From IMG/VR virus record IMGVR_UViG_3300030061_003823: 20,000 nucleotides of DNA. One strand, written 5' to 3'. Below are positions 1 to 9,000 of the stretch, one piece after another. Position numbers and translations under genes: made by a program. The stretch is from an uncultured virus (IMG/VR IMGVR_UViG_3300030061_003823). Lineage: Duplodnaviria > Heunggongvirae > Uroviricota > Caudoviricetes. Numbering within the stretch: the stretch's first letter is position 1; every line of letters starts with the position of its first letter. The notes beneath the pieces are model-generated. The model did no database searches and was not told the origin of the DNA. It saw only the letters and a program-made list of their open reading frames with translations.

Positions 1-773
1 CAGTTTCCGTATGGTTTTTTACATCCTTTTTCTCCACTACCTTCTGGACACCCACATTCACACTCTGGTGGTGGTCCTTGAACATGGTTTGGATTGTCAC
101 ATACAATCTCTGGACAACCATCTCCTGTTGAGGTATTGGTACGACCGTCACCTTTACAACATCCTGGTTTATTTACATCTTCTGTACACTTGGTGCACTG
201 ACCGTTAAGTCTATATTCACCAGGTACATCACATGGTGGACACTTAGTAGAAGTATTAGTACGTTCCTCATCACAACATGGACAGTCAACATGATTATAA
301 TAATAATGAGTTTGGATTGGACACCCATAACAAAATTCTAAATTATTTGTATAAAATGGTGAGTTTGAGTCTTGTGGTGGGCACGGTCCGTCATGAGCAT
401 CTCCACAACAAGGAGCCCATCCTAAGGATGTATTTAATTGATTTCCTTGTGCAAATGTTCCATATCCTAAAACTGCTTGACTCCATCCTGTATCACAATG
501 GTTTGTTATTTGGGAATTTTGAGCCGTTCCTCCAAATGGTCCTACCATATTTCCGGCAAGCATTTCACAACAATCTATATCTCCAAAGTCACTAGCTGGT
601 CCTCCTAGTGCTATAGTACCTGGAGTCCATGCTCCTGACACTGACGGTGCTAACTGAGAAGTCCAAGCAACACAAGGATCTACAGAACTTGAACTTTGTT
701 GGTTCTGAGTTGCCTCATCTAAGTTTAATATCTTTTTTGCTTGTTCTTCTGTTATTCTAAATTTCTTTTTCAT
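1..773 (-). CDS. Cys-rich protein, 3' end outside window; N-terminal putative head-targeting motif
   Basis: Not in the ORF track because no stop falls inside the window. Translated by hand from ATG at 773 (ATGA overlap with the upstream stop): MKKKFRITEEQAKKILNLDEATQNQQ...DCCEM...PCCGDAHDGPCPP...CYGCP...DCPCCDEERTNTSTKCPPCD...CTKC...GCCKGDGRTNTSTGDGCP...ECECGCP...GCKKPYGN. Open for 257 codons. Confidence 0.85.
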   Translation of the reverse strand, partial: MKKKFRITEEQAKKILNLDEATQNQQSSSSVDPCVAWTSQLAPSVSGAWTPGTIALGGPASDFGDIDCCEMLAGNMVGPFGGTAQNSQITNHCDTGWSQAVLGYGTFAQGNQLNTSLGWAPCCGDAHDGPCPPQDSNSPFYTNNLEFCYGCPIQTHYYYNHVDCPCCDEERTNTSTKCPPCDVPGEYRLNGQCTKCTEDVNKPGCCKGDGRTNTSTGDGCPEIVCDNPNHVQGPPPECECGCPEGSGEKGCKKPYGN

Positions 774-2872
774 TTCATTAATTTTTTTATTCTTTTTATT
801 TGTTCTTGTAATTCCTCATCAGGTAATAGGTCTATCACCTCTCCACTCGGAGTTGGTGTATAAGCCCCTGTCCAAGACTGTTTCTGAGGATATATCTCTT
901 GTTCTCCTCCTGTTGGTTGAGTGTCTTCCACCCCTCCTGTTATTTTTTCATTCCAGGTATCTGGAATGTTTTTATATTTACTACCTGTATAGTTAGGATT
1001 TCTTCTGTATCTAAAGTCAACATTCCCCCTAGTTCCCGATTTTCCGTACATTAAATCTAATTGTTCGAGAAACTCTTTTATATTTTTATCGAATTCTCCA
1101 GCCACTTGAGGGGTAACAAGACTACCTATAGCTTTATTACCTAATATGTATTTCCAAAGAGCTGTGCTATTTCCTTGGAGACTTTTAATTTTTGGTGGTA
1201 TTTCTGGTTGTATTTCTGGTTGTTTAATAAATTCTGGTGGAAGTTCTCCTTTTTGTTCGGTTAATGCAGGGTTAGCCATATATCCTCCTCTTTCCGAATC
1301 AGGAATAAATTTATTTGGTCCTCGTGCTCCCGTGTTTCTTTTCTGAGTCAATGGTGTTGTGGTTGATGGGTCGTATTTGGGACCAACATTTCCTAAATAT
1401 TTTTTACCTCCTTCAAATTCAATGTCTATGATTCCTTGAAGTGCATTTTGTGCTCTTTTTAATATTGGAAATTTTGCTTTTCTCGTATTAGTTATCCAAA
1501 CTGCCATTTTTTGTTGATCCTCTAGAAACTTATTTCCTTGTACGTCAACATCTCGCCAATCGACTCTTCCCATGTCAGCATCTGATTTATAATCTCCAAA
1601 AGTTACTGGTGCAATTAGTTCATCCCCAAACCCAATATATAATAAATCTCTATATTCTAAATTTCTAGAACCTTTAGCAACCCCTGGTGTTGGTCCTTTT
1701 TTTATACTATCTCCTTGGAATGGTGCAAATTCAGGATTGTAAGCATCTATGTCAACAGTTTCTGTTTCAGCTGCTGGTGGTTGTCCATCAACAGCTCCAG
1801 AGAATATAGAATTTTGATGATTATCTTTTGCCCCTGATTTTACAGTTTCTTCACCTCCTTGGTTTGTAACCTTCTTTGTTAGTTTTACCTTAACTACACC
1901 ATCTAATCCTTTCTCTGCTAATTTTTTATTTACTGAATCTAAAAGGGCATCTCCCCCCGCATCAGCTCGTAACTCTCTTAATGACTTATTTGTTCCATCA
2001 CCTGGAGTGTCCCAACCACTTCCTGTGTTTGAAGCACCTCCTGCCGCATCCAAATCTAATGTTACATTAGTATAACCTGCATCTACTAAAGATTGTACAT
2101 CATCTACATACTTGTCTGCTATATCGTTAAGTTGGTTTACAGCATTATTATCCAAATCATAACTCCCTTTTTCAAATTGAATCCCTGTTTCGTAACCAGC
2201 ATTCTGAATATCTGGATTATCTCCCGCTTGTAAATCATCTTTTACTGGTTTTATATCTAAAACATTAAAGTCAGTATCATCTTTATTAACATTATCAGCA
2301 TATTGTTCAATTCCAGGTTGATCGATATCCATTTGAACTTCCTTATCAGCACCACCTGCACCCATGATTACTGCAATGATTGGTATCATAATGAATAGTC
2401 TCACCGCTGTGTTGGTGTCTCTCCAAAACTTTCCAATTGACCCAAATTCTAATAGTATACCTTCAGCAATTGTACCTTGTTCAGATGAACTCGTAAGGAA
2501 TGTAGAAAGAGCACTGAAGGCTTTTTGGTACTTACCTTGTTTCCATAAACCCCTAACTTCATTTGCGATGGGTTGGTTTTTTAATGCCTTACCAGTTTCT
2601 TCCGCTGCTTTATATTCTGCGTTACCTAACTTATTCTTAGCGAGTCCCTTCATCTTTTCAATGGCTCCCTTCCCTAAATCAGACAACCATGAAAATAATT
2701 TAACGGCCTCATCAAGTTTTTCTTCTGTTAGTTGATGCCCATAAGCTTTATCAATAACTTCCCAAAGTCCTTTATATTCCCAACCACTTCTATTTTTTAT
2801 CCGTGAATATTCAAGTAGTAAATTAGATTCTTTTAATAAAGTTCTTTTATATCTTCTATTATGTACAGTCAT
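770..2872 (-). CDS. 700-aa protein with one TM helix and a degenerate OmpA C-terminal-like (peptidoglycan-binding) domain; probable virion protein
   Basis: Hydrophobic stretch VRLFIMIPIIAVIMGAG (about aa157-173). IQFEKGSYDL..AVNQLNDIA...GGASNTGS...NKSLRELRA...LL follows the OmpA_C pattern IxFxxgSxxL...GhtDxxGs...NxxLSxxRA. C-terminus is ELQEQIKRIKKLMK. Confidence 0.6.
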   Translation of the reverse strand: MTVHNRRYKRTLLKESNLLLEYSRIKNRSGWEYKGLWEVIDKAYGHQLTEEKLDEAVKLFSWLSDLGKGAIEKMKGLAKNKLGNAEYKAAEETGKALKNQPIANEVRGLWKQGKYQKAFSALSTFLTSSSEQGTIAEGILLEFGSIGKFWRDTNTAVRLFIMIPIIAVIMGAGGADKEVQMDIDQPGIEQYADNVNKDDTDFNVLDIKPVKDDLQAGDNPDIQNAGYETGIQFEKGSYDLDNNAVNQLNDIADKYVDDVQSLVDAGYTNVTLDLDAAGGASNTGSGWDTPGDGTNKSLRELRADAGGDALLDSVNKKLAEKGLDGVVKVKLTKKVTNQGGEETVKSGAKDNHQNSIFSGAVDGQPPAAETETVDIDAYNPEFAPFQGDSIKKGPTPGVAKGSRNLEYRDLLYIGFGDELIAPVTFGDYKSDADMGRVDWRDVDVQGNKFLEDQQKMAVWITNTRKAKFPILKRAQNALQGIIDIEFEGGKKYLGNVGPKYDPSTTTPLTQKRNTGARGPNKFIPDSERGGYMANPALTEQKGELPPEFIKQPEIQPEIPPKIKSLQGNSTALWKYILGNKAIGSLVTPQVAGEFDKNIKEFLEQLDLMYGKSGTRGNVDFRYRRNPNYTGSKYKNIPDTWNEKITGGVEDTQPTGGEQEIYPQKQSWTGAYTPTPSGEVIDLLPDEELQEQIKRIKKLMK

Positions 2873-2888
2873 TAAAATATAGTTTCTA

Positions 2889-2896
2889 TATAAATA
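2889..2896 (-). promoter_or_regulatory. putative phage late-promoter element TATTTATA
   Basis: TATTTATA on the coding strand 16 nt upstream of ATG 2872; the motif recurs at four other operon starts. Confidence 0.6.
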
Positions 2897-2928
2897 CTTT
2901 AATTATTAAAAGAATTTCACTAATTCCA

Positions 2929-3444
2929 TTACGAATTAATATGTAAGGTTGCTTTTTTATAACGGTAAGCCTCAGTACCTACTGATTCTAGGAAATCTAT
3001 CTTCTTTTTGAATCGTCTATTCATAGCATCTCGTACTATATAATAACCTGTCTTATGTCCTGCCTCAACATAAACTGTATCACCATATCTGATAGGACCA
3101 TCATTAAACCATAATAGGTCTTGACTAACGGCAATCCAGTTTAAGTGACTACAACTATCAATGTTTGGTATCTTAGATTGGTCAGCCGTTATATCTGGAG
3201 TATCATCACATTGACCTACAACAGGATGGTACATGGTCGCACATACTGTAAGTACTGTACTATCTTGTAATATAATAGGTGAGTCCATAATAATAGTGGT
3301 ATCTATAGTCTGAGTTGAATCCTTATCATTTATTGGACCCTCATTCTCAATCATAATTTTTGATGGTTCTATTACTGTTAAAACCCCATACATTATCATA
3401 GTAGATATGAATATCCAAAATAATATTTTTAATAAATTTTTCAT
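2929..3444 (-). CDS. 3D-domain (MltA-like) cell-wall lytic protein with N-terminal membrane anchor
   Basis: N-terminal TM segment (ILFWIFISTMIMYGVLTVI), then ATMYHP..QCDDTPDITAD..WIAVSQDLL..YGDTVYV..YIVRDAMN..KIDFL, which is the 3D (Asp-Asp-Asp) domain pattern. Confidence 0.8.
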   Translation of the reverse strand: MKNLLKILFWIFISTMIMYGVLTVIEPSKIMIENEGPINDKDSTQTIDTTIIMDSPIILQDSTVLTVCATMYHPVVGQCDDTPDITADQSKIPNIDSCSHLNWIAVSQDLLWFNDGPIRYGDTVYVEAGHKTGYYIVRDAMNRRFKKKIDFLESVGTEAYRYKKATLHINS

Positions 3445-4187
3445 TACTCTATTGCGTTTCTAACTTCGGGTGATGTGTCTTCCATTGACCAATCAATTAT
3501 TTCTCCTTCTATATTATCAGAAAAATAGTCCCATGTTGTTCTGTCATCATAACCTCTCCCCATCTCATCCTCATCCTCCTCAAATATAATAGTATCGTAA
3601 TCATCTCTTAAACAATCGATACTACAACCATCGTCAATAAGATCATTTTGTAAACTATAAAATATACCTTTATAATCATTCCACCAATATAATTCCACTG
3701 CAGCATCCTCCCATTCTATACATTCACAATCCTCTTCTCCATAGTCACATTCTTCTTCTCCCCACTCCTCTAGTTCTTCATCATAAACTTCTTTCTCCGC
3801 AAAGCGACATTCACATTGCATTTCATATTCATATGAAGTTTCACCATGACATTCATCATAATAAGTTTCATATTCATAATCATCTGCAAGATATTCTACT
3901 TCATAACGATAGATTTCTGGGATTAGGACTTCTTGAGGTGATAAATCTTCGAATGGGTTAGTCTGTGTTGACCCTACCTGCTCATCAGCATTTGCCTTAG
4001 AAATTAAACAATAAAAAGCAATATCATCATTCCATCGCGACATACCAAAGAACTTAACTAATATCTCGTTGTAGTATCCAAAAGTAGTATTACCACATTC
4101 TTGATTATGTGAATTCGATGTACTGGCTGCTATATTCCAAGCTTGTTTAAGAATAATCCAAGAATTTCTATTTACACCTTTAGTCAT
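3444..4187 (-). CDS. highly acidic, Cys/Tyr/Trp-rich hypothetical protein
   Basis: 247-aa ORF translationally coupled to both neighbours; the C-terminal part is dominated by D/E with CEC motifs. Confidence 0.75.
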   Translation of the reverse strand: MTKGVNRNSWIILKQAWNIAASTSNSHNQECGNTTFGYYNEILVKFFGMSRWNDDIAFYCLISKANADEQVGSTQTNPFEDLSPQEVLIPEIYRYEVEYLADDYEYETYYDECHGETSYEYEMQCECRFAEKEVYDEELEEWGEEECDYGEEDCECIEWEDAAVELYWWNDYKGIFYSLQNDLIDDGCSIDCLRDDYDTIIFEEDEDEMGRGYDDRTTWDYFSDNIEGEIIDWSMEDTSPEVRNAIE

Positions 4188-4485
4188 CTCGTACAGGATA
4201 TAAATGATAAGTTGTAGTTATTTCTTCTCCTTTCTTAATTTTCTGTGTGGTTACAAGTCGACCTATGTCATCTTCGTAAGCAACTCTACTATTTGATTCA
4301 GTCCTATGGTTAACAAACCCACCAAGAGGTGTTCTTATATACCCATTTTCGAATCGATCATCTTCTATATGTGAAACTCCTAATATTACTCCACTCTCTA
4401 TATCTTCTATAGCATACAATCCCAACCCTTCAATCTCTGAAGATTTAATGGTAAGGCAAGATTTTAACGGTCTGTAAGTGCTCAT
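4180..4485 (-). CDS. minimal SET-domain protein (lysine methyltransferase-like)
   Basis: SEIEGLGLYA.EDI..G (GxG motif I), GGFVNHRTESN (NHSxxPN-like) and IKKGEEITTTY (ELxxxY). 101 aa, with no pre- or post-SET Cys clusters. Confidence 0.85.
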   Translation of the reverse strand: MSTYRPLKSCLTIKSSEIEGLGLYAIEDIESGVILGVSHIEDDRFENGYIRTPLGGFVNHRTESNSRVAYEDDIGRLVTTQKIKKGEEITTTYHLYPVRDD

Positions 4486-4504
4486 AATTAATATTTGTTT
4501 TAAT

Positions 4505-4512
4505 AATAAATA
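4505..4512 (-). promoter_or_regulatory. putative late-promoter element TATTTATT
   Basis: Lies 19 nt upstream of the SET gene ATG (4485). Confidence 0.5.
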
Positions 4513-4563
4513 CCTATTTAAGTGATTAAATTAAATTATTTAAGTTCAATGTTAGAAAAAGAG

Positions 4564-4637
4564 TACACCCGACAGGATTCGAACCTGTGACCTACTGCTT
4601 AGAAGGCAGTTGCTCTATCCAGCTGAGCTACGGGTGC
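4564..4637 (-). tRNA. tRNA-Arg (anticodon UCU), CCA not encoded
   Basis: GCACCCGTAGCTCAGCTGGATAGAGCAACTGCC-TTCTAA-GCAGTAGGTCACAGGTTCGAATCCTGTCGGGTGTA. Acceptor stem GCACCCG/CGGGTGT, D arm GCTC/GAGC, anticodon stem ACTGC/GCAGT, T loop GTTCGAATC; followed by CTC rather than CCA. Confidence 0.96.
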
Positions 4638-4652
4638 ATGTTGTAACTATCA

Positions 4653-5000
4653 TTAAACCTCTGATTTTTTAGATAATAGTTGTATTGAATTGATTCTGAC
4701 ATCTTTTTGGAGTCCCCATAACTTTATCCAGTTAGAAACTGTCGATTTCACTTTACTATCATCTCTACGTAAAAATTTTCTAATTGCCCTAGGACCGTAG
4801 TGATTAAGATTTTCGTAATTACCTAATGTACTCTCTATTTTTGCGTAGATTTTAATATCTACTTCGGTACAATCATTACCCCACAAAACCTTTTGGTTTC
4901 TAGCACGTAAAACGCGAATAACTCCATCTTTAACATGGATTCCATTTCTAATTTCTAAAGTTTTGGATTTTAATTTTTTGTTTAGTTCTCTCTTTGTCAT
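4653..5000 (-). CDS. basic hypothetical protein (probable start ATG 5000, MTKRELNKKLK...)
   Basis: The ORF track start (5015, TTG) lies inside the promoter described next; ATG at 5000 is 4 nt downstream of TATCTTTG. Confidence 0.7.
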   Translation of the reverse strand: MTKRELNKKLKSKTLEIRNGIHVKDGVIRVLRARNQKVLWGNDCTEVDIKIYAKIESTLGNYENLNHYGPRAIRKFLRRDDSKVKSTVSNWIKLWGLQKDVRINSIQLLSKKSEV

Positions 5001-5004
5001 GGTA

Positions 5005-5035
5005 CAAAGATACAAAAATTATTTTTAACTACAAA
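5005..5035 (-). promoter_or_regulatory. Bacteroidota-type housekeeping promoter (-33 TTTG / -7 TAnnTTTG)
   Basis: Minus strand TTTG (5035-5032), a 19-nt spacer, then TATCTTTG (5012-5005); matches the Bacteroides/Flavobacterium primary-sigma consensus. Confidence 0.75.
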
Positions 5036-6051
5036 CTTAAATTGTGTATATTTTGAAATGGTTTCTGAACAATAACTGGAGTACTTCGTGTTGGTGTAGG
5101 ATATTCTAATTTATCTGTGTATTCAAACTTACCTTCTGAATTCTTTTTAGTCTTTTTTTGTTTTGGTGTTACTAGTGCTCGACCATCTTCTGTTGCATAC
5201 CCTAAAAGATCTATCATATCTTCACGTATACCAAACACATTACCTTTAACTAAGTAAGCACCTATTGGGTTTAATGGACCTTTAACCATTCTTATATCAA
5301 AAACTTTTTTTGATTGTATGAATTTATAAGCGCCATTCTTTTCTACGACTAAGTCGATTCCAAGTAAGGTATCAATAGGATCACCATTACCTCCTCTATG
5401 AATAGTTACCCATCCGTTATTTTCCATTAAGTCTTGGATTGTATCTTCTACCGAGTCTCCTTTACCTGTGTAGTATTTAGCCATTCTAGTGTACTTAAAT
5501 TTATCGGTAGGGTCATCTATTAATTCATCATAGACGGATTGGGGAGCATTTAATGCTTGGTTAATTAAATCTTGGAGATTTTTTTTATCACCCTTTTTAA
5601 TATCATTATATAAATCTTCTATTGGGTAGTCTGAAAATTTCTCTACTAGGTCTGTCATAAAACTAGCCGTATCAGAATAGTTAGTATTTAATTTATTAAT
5701 GTAGTCCCACTGATCATCTTCATCGTATATAAAACCTAGAGAATCTAATCTTTCTCTTACTCTTTGTACAGTTTGTTTTGATTGTGGTTTGGCCTCTTCT
5801 ATAATATCTAGAATAGCATCAACTGATTTTTGTTTCTCCGAAGAAGTTACATCTCTCCATTTTTTCTTCTTATGTTCTAGAACTTTATCCACCAAAGGAC
5901 GAGTCATTTTTATCCATTCAGGAGAATTAACCAAAGTACAAAACTTATGACTATCGGAACCTTTATCAAACTTAGAACAAGGTCTTTCTATTACCTCTTC
6001 AGATATTAACTTCTTTAATTGTTCTTCATTTAGTTTTATCCTGTGCCCCAT
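5029..6051 (-). CDS. PD-(D/E)XK-superfamily (D-x12-QxK, Mrr-like) nuclease-domain protein with N-terminal head-targeting-like motif
   Basis: KGDSVEDTIQDLMENNGW...DTLLGIDLVVEKNGAYKFIQSKK gives E202, D233, Q246, K248. N-terminus is IKLNEEQLKKLISEE. Confidence 0.6.
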   Translation of the reverse strand: MGHRIKLNEEQLKKLISEEVIERPCSKFDKGSDSHKFCTLVNSPEWIKMTRPLVDKVLEHKKKKWRDVTSSEKQKSVDAILDIIEEAKPQSKQTVQRVRERLDSLGFIYDEDDQWDYINKLNTNYSDTASFMTDLVEKFSDYPIEDLYNDIKKGDKKNLQDLINQALNAPQSVYDELIDDPTDKFKYTRMAKYYTGKGDSVEDTIQDLMENNGWVTIHRGGNGDPIDTLLGIDLVVEKNGAYKFIQSKKVFDIRMVKGPLNPIGAYLVKGNVFGIREDMIDLLGYATEDGRALVTPKQKKTKKNSEGKFEYTDKLEYPTPTRSTPVIVQKPFQNIHNLSL

Positions 6052-6054
6052 ACA

Positions 6055-9000
6055 TTATAATCCCATTAATTTTTTCATACGAGTTACTTGTTCTTTAAGT
6101 TCCTTAGTCTCTGGAGTCTCTGGAGTCACTGGAGTCTCTTGAGGTCTCTCTGTAGGTTTTTCTGTAGGTTTCTCTGTAGGTTTCACATCTACAGTTTCTT
6201 TTTCTTTATCTATGAAATTACCTATTTTAACTCTACTATCTCCTTCAATTCTAAATATGTCACCACTTGCGATATCATACGTATATTTCTTATCTGATGG
6301 ACTAAGGAATAAAGGGTTTGTGTCAACACCATAACCATCAAATTTAACTCTTTGACCTGAATTATCTGCCACCGCTTTTGTCCACTGACTCATCTTTTGA
6401 GAATGTTCTGGTTTTGGTTGTGCTTTTCTAGTGTCTCCTTTATCATCTCCACCTCCACTTCCTGGTGGTTGTGGCGGTGCTGTTGGACCAGGAGGCATAT
6501 TACCTTGTGGAGTAACAACCTCAGGACCAGGCCAAGACGATTCGCAACAAGCTGAACAAGCTGAATTTGTTTGGTGAATGTTACAGTTAGTAATTTCAGT
6601 AGACCCAATTGGACAGTCTTGTGAAGCTGGAATACAACAATGTAAATAACCTCCAGTTCCAGACGGACATAACGGTCCTGGAGAATTGTGTATTGGATTA
6701 CTAGAACTATGAGGATTACCATATGCCCAACCACCTACTGGTATACCACCACCACTAGGCCAAGCGTTATCGTGACAACACTTATAACTACCTCCACCTG
6801 ATGGAGGTGATGGAGGACCGCCAAATTTACAACACTCTCTACTCCAAGTCCCATCTGGACATGGACATGGTAAATCAATTGGCCAGTGAGGGCCAATAGT
6901 AGGAATCTCATTACCAGCACCTACAACATCTTCATTGATTGTGTCATATCTAAAAAATGCGTTATGTGCGACATAGTCATTAGCATAATAAGTATTAACA
7001 GTGTCCAACACTAGATTGTATGTTAAGTCAGCCATCCCTCCTTTTTCTATTGAGGTGATTTCCATTTCTTCTTTGTTCTCCCCTTTAAGTAAGACATCCC
7101 CAACTTCTAATCTTAAGGTATCTACCCCATGAGAGAATGGTGCTATCCATTCAGGGTCAATAGATTTCCACTCATTTTCACCATCTGTTTTAACTAAGAG
7201 AGGGTGATCTTTGGTTACAAAAGCTTCTTCTCCGTTGAATCCATATATCTCAGAGTTTTCATGTTTTTGTATATGGGTAATTATAGATTTGGTTCCTTGA
7301 TCATTCAACACTTCTTCTCCTACTTCAACTTCATCTATTCTTTTCTCTGTACCATCACCCATTTTAATAAGTGTTTTACCCACAAAACAAGTCCAGTCAT
7401 TGGTACTTACTTTATAACAATCGTCTTCTTGAGTATAACACTCAACCTCTGTTCTATATCCATCATATCCGTCTTGTTGGCAAGAATGACATCCTCCATC
7501 AATACTAAGTCCTGTATTTTGCTCACCCATTACTTGCCCATCATCTGTCGTTTTCCCACCAGGACCACCTCCAGGATTTTCATCTGGACAACATTGCCAT
7601 GTTTCAGTTATATATGGACATCCTTCACATTCTAATGGACTTTCGTGACAATCAGGGTCACTAGGATAAGTTACACACCATTGCCAACCTGGTGTTAATG
7701 GTAGTTCTAGTTGACACATCCTTCCACTGTAATTACCAGCAACATCTCTTGGTTGATTTGGGTCATCGACACATCTCCAAAATGGTCCATGAGAACAATC
7801 AATACATTCAGTATTATCATAACATTCTTGTTCACTCTCCCATGGTCCTACTGGGTCTTCAACACAACAAGATACTGATCCAAGTGTAGATAAATCAGGG
7901 TCCGGTCGTTGTCCTGGATCTTTGTCCAGTTGTTCCATATCTTGCCATTCTAAATCAGGACCTCCTGGAATAGCTTTTTGTTCCGCTAACCTTTCTGCAT
8001 CTATTCCAACCTCTCCTGTTGGAGGGTTTCTATCTATATCTTGTGGTACCATCTTACCTGCTGCTACTGCATCGTCTAATGTTTCTCCATCCAATATCCC
8101 ACCTTTATATACAGGATTACATCTCCATCTTCCTTGACCACATCCTGAGGCCACACAATCATTAAATCCACTAGCTCCAGGAAATTGTCCCATTGTTCCT
8201 ACTCCAGTGTGTGGTACACACATACCTAAAGTTGCTCCAGTAGGTATCTCACAATCATATCCTGCGTTATATATACAAGATCCGTTATCTTCGAAACAAG
8301 CATTAGGGTCATAATTTAATGCTGCTGGATCCATACATCCTTCAACATAACAACAACAACAATTTTCTTCTACCAAAAGTGGGTAAGGTGATGGTCCATC
8401 GTCTGCACAAGCCACCCCAGGTACTGTACTAACACTATTTGGGTCACATTGATTACCAGGATTGAAAGCCGTTGGGTCCATACATCCTTTACATTCATAA
8501 TCACATAAAGTCCAATCTGCTACTCCTATTGCTGATGGGTCATAGTCACAAGCTGGTACTAGTGGTGTCGTTCCTGCTACTGGCCATCCCTTTGCCGCTC
8601 TTTCCGCATCGAATTCTCCTCCAAAATTATTACTTCCATCATCCATACAACCAGTTGTTGGCATCACACAACAGAAACTAGCTGGACAACAGTCAGCGGT
8701 ATCATCATACCAAAGTGTTAATGGATTATTACTTATAACTGTGTTATATATACCTAGATCATCAACCTCTGTACATGGGTCAGTTGATTGGACTGGTCCG
8801 TCATGGGTACAATACCAACAAGAACCTCCACCAGCAATAACTTGCTCTGGTTGACCTGGTATCCATTGTCCACTAAAGTAAGCAGATTGACAGTTATATT
8901 CACAATCCCAAAGGGGATCGTTCATTATACCTCCAAGTGTTGCATCATTACCGTACCAATCTATTTGGTCTAGTGGGATATCGATCAATCCACTCCACTT

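Noticed and set aside
4507..4520. Small inverted repeat taaata-cc-tattta overlapping the putative late motif
   Set aside because: It is AT-only with a 2-nt loop and is not repeated at the other motif copies, so it is likely chance.
6961..7389. Canonical mobile intein
   Set aside because: There is no homing endonuclease, the +1 residue is Ala, and the host protein is not a conserved enzyme. It is better read as a BIL/Hint cleavage domain.
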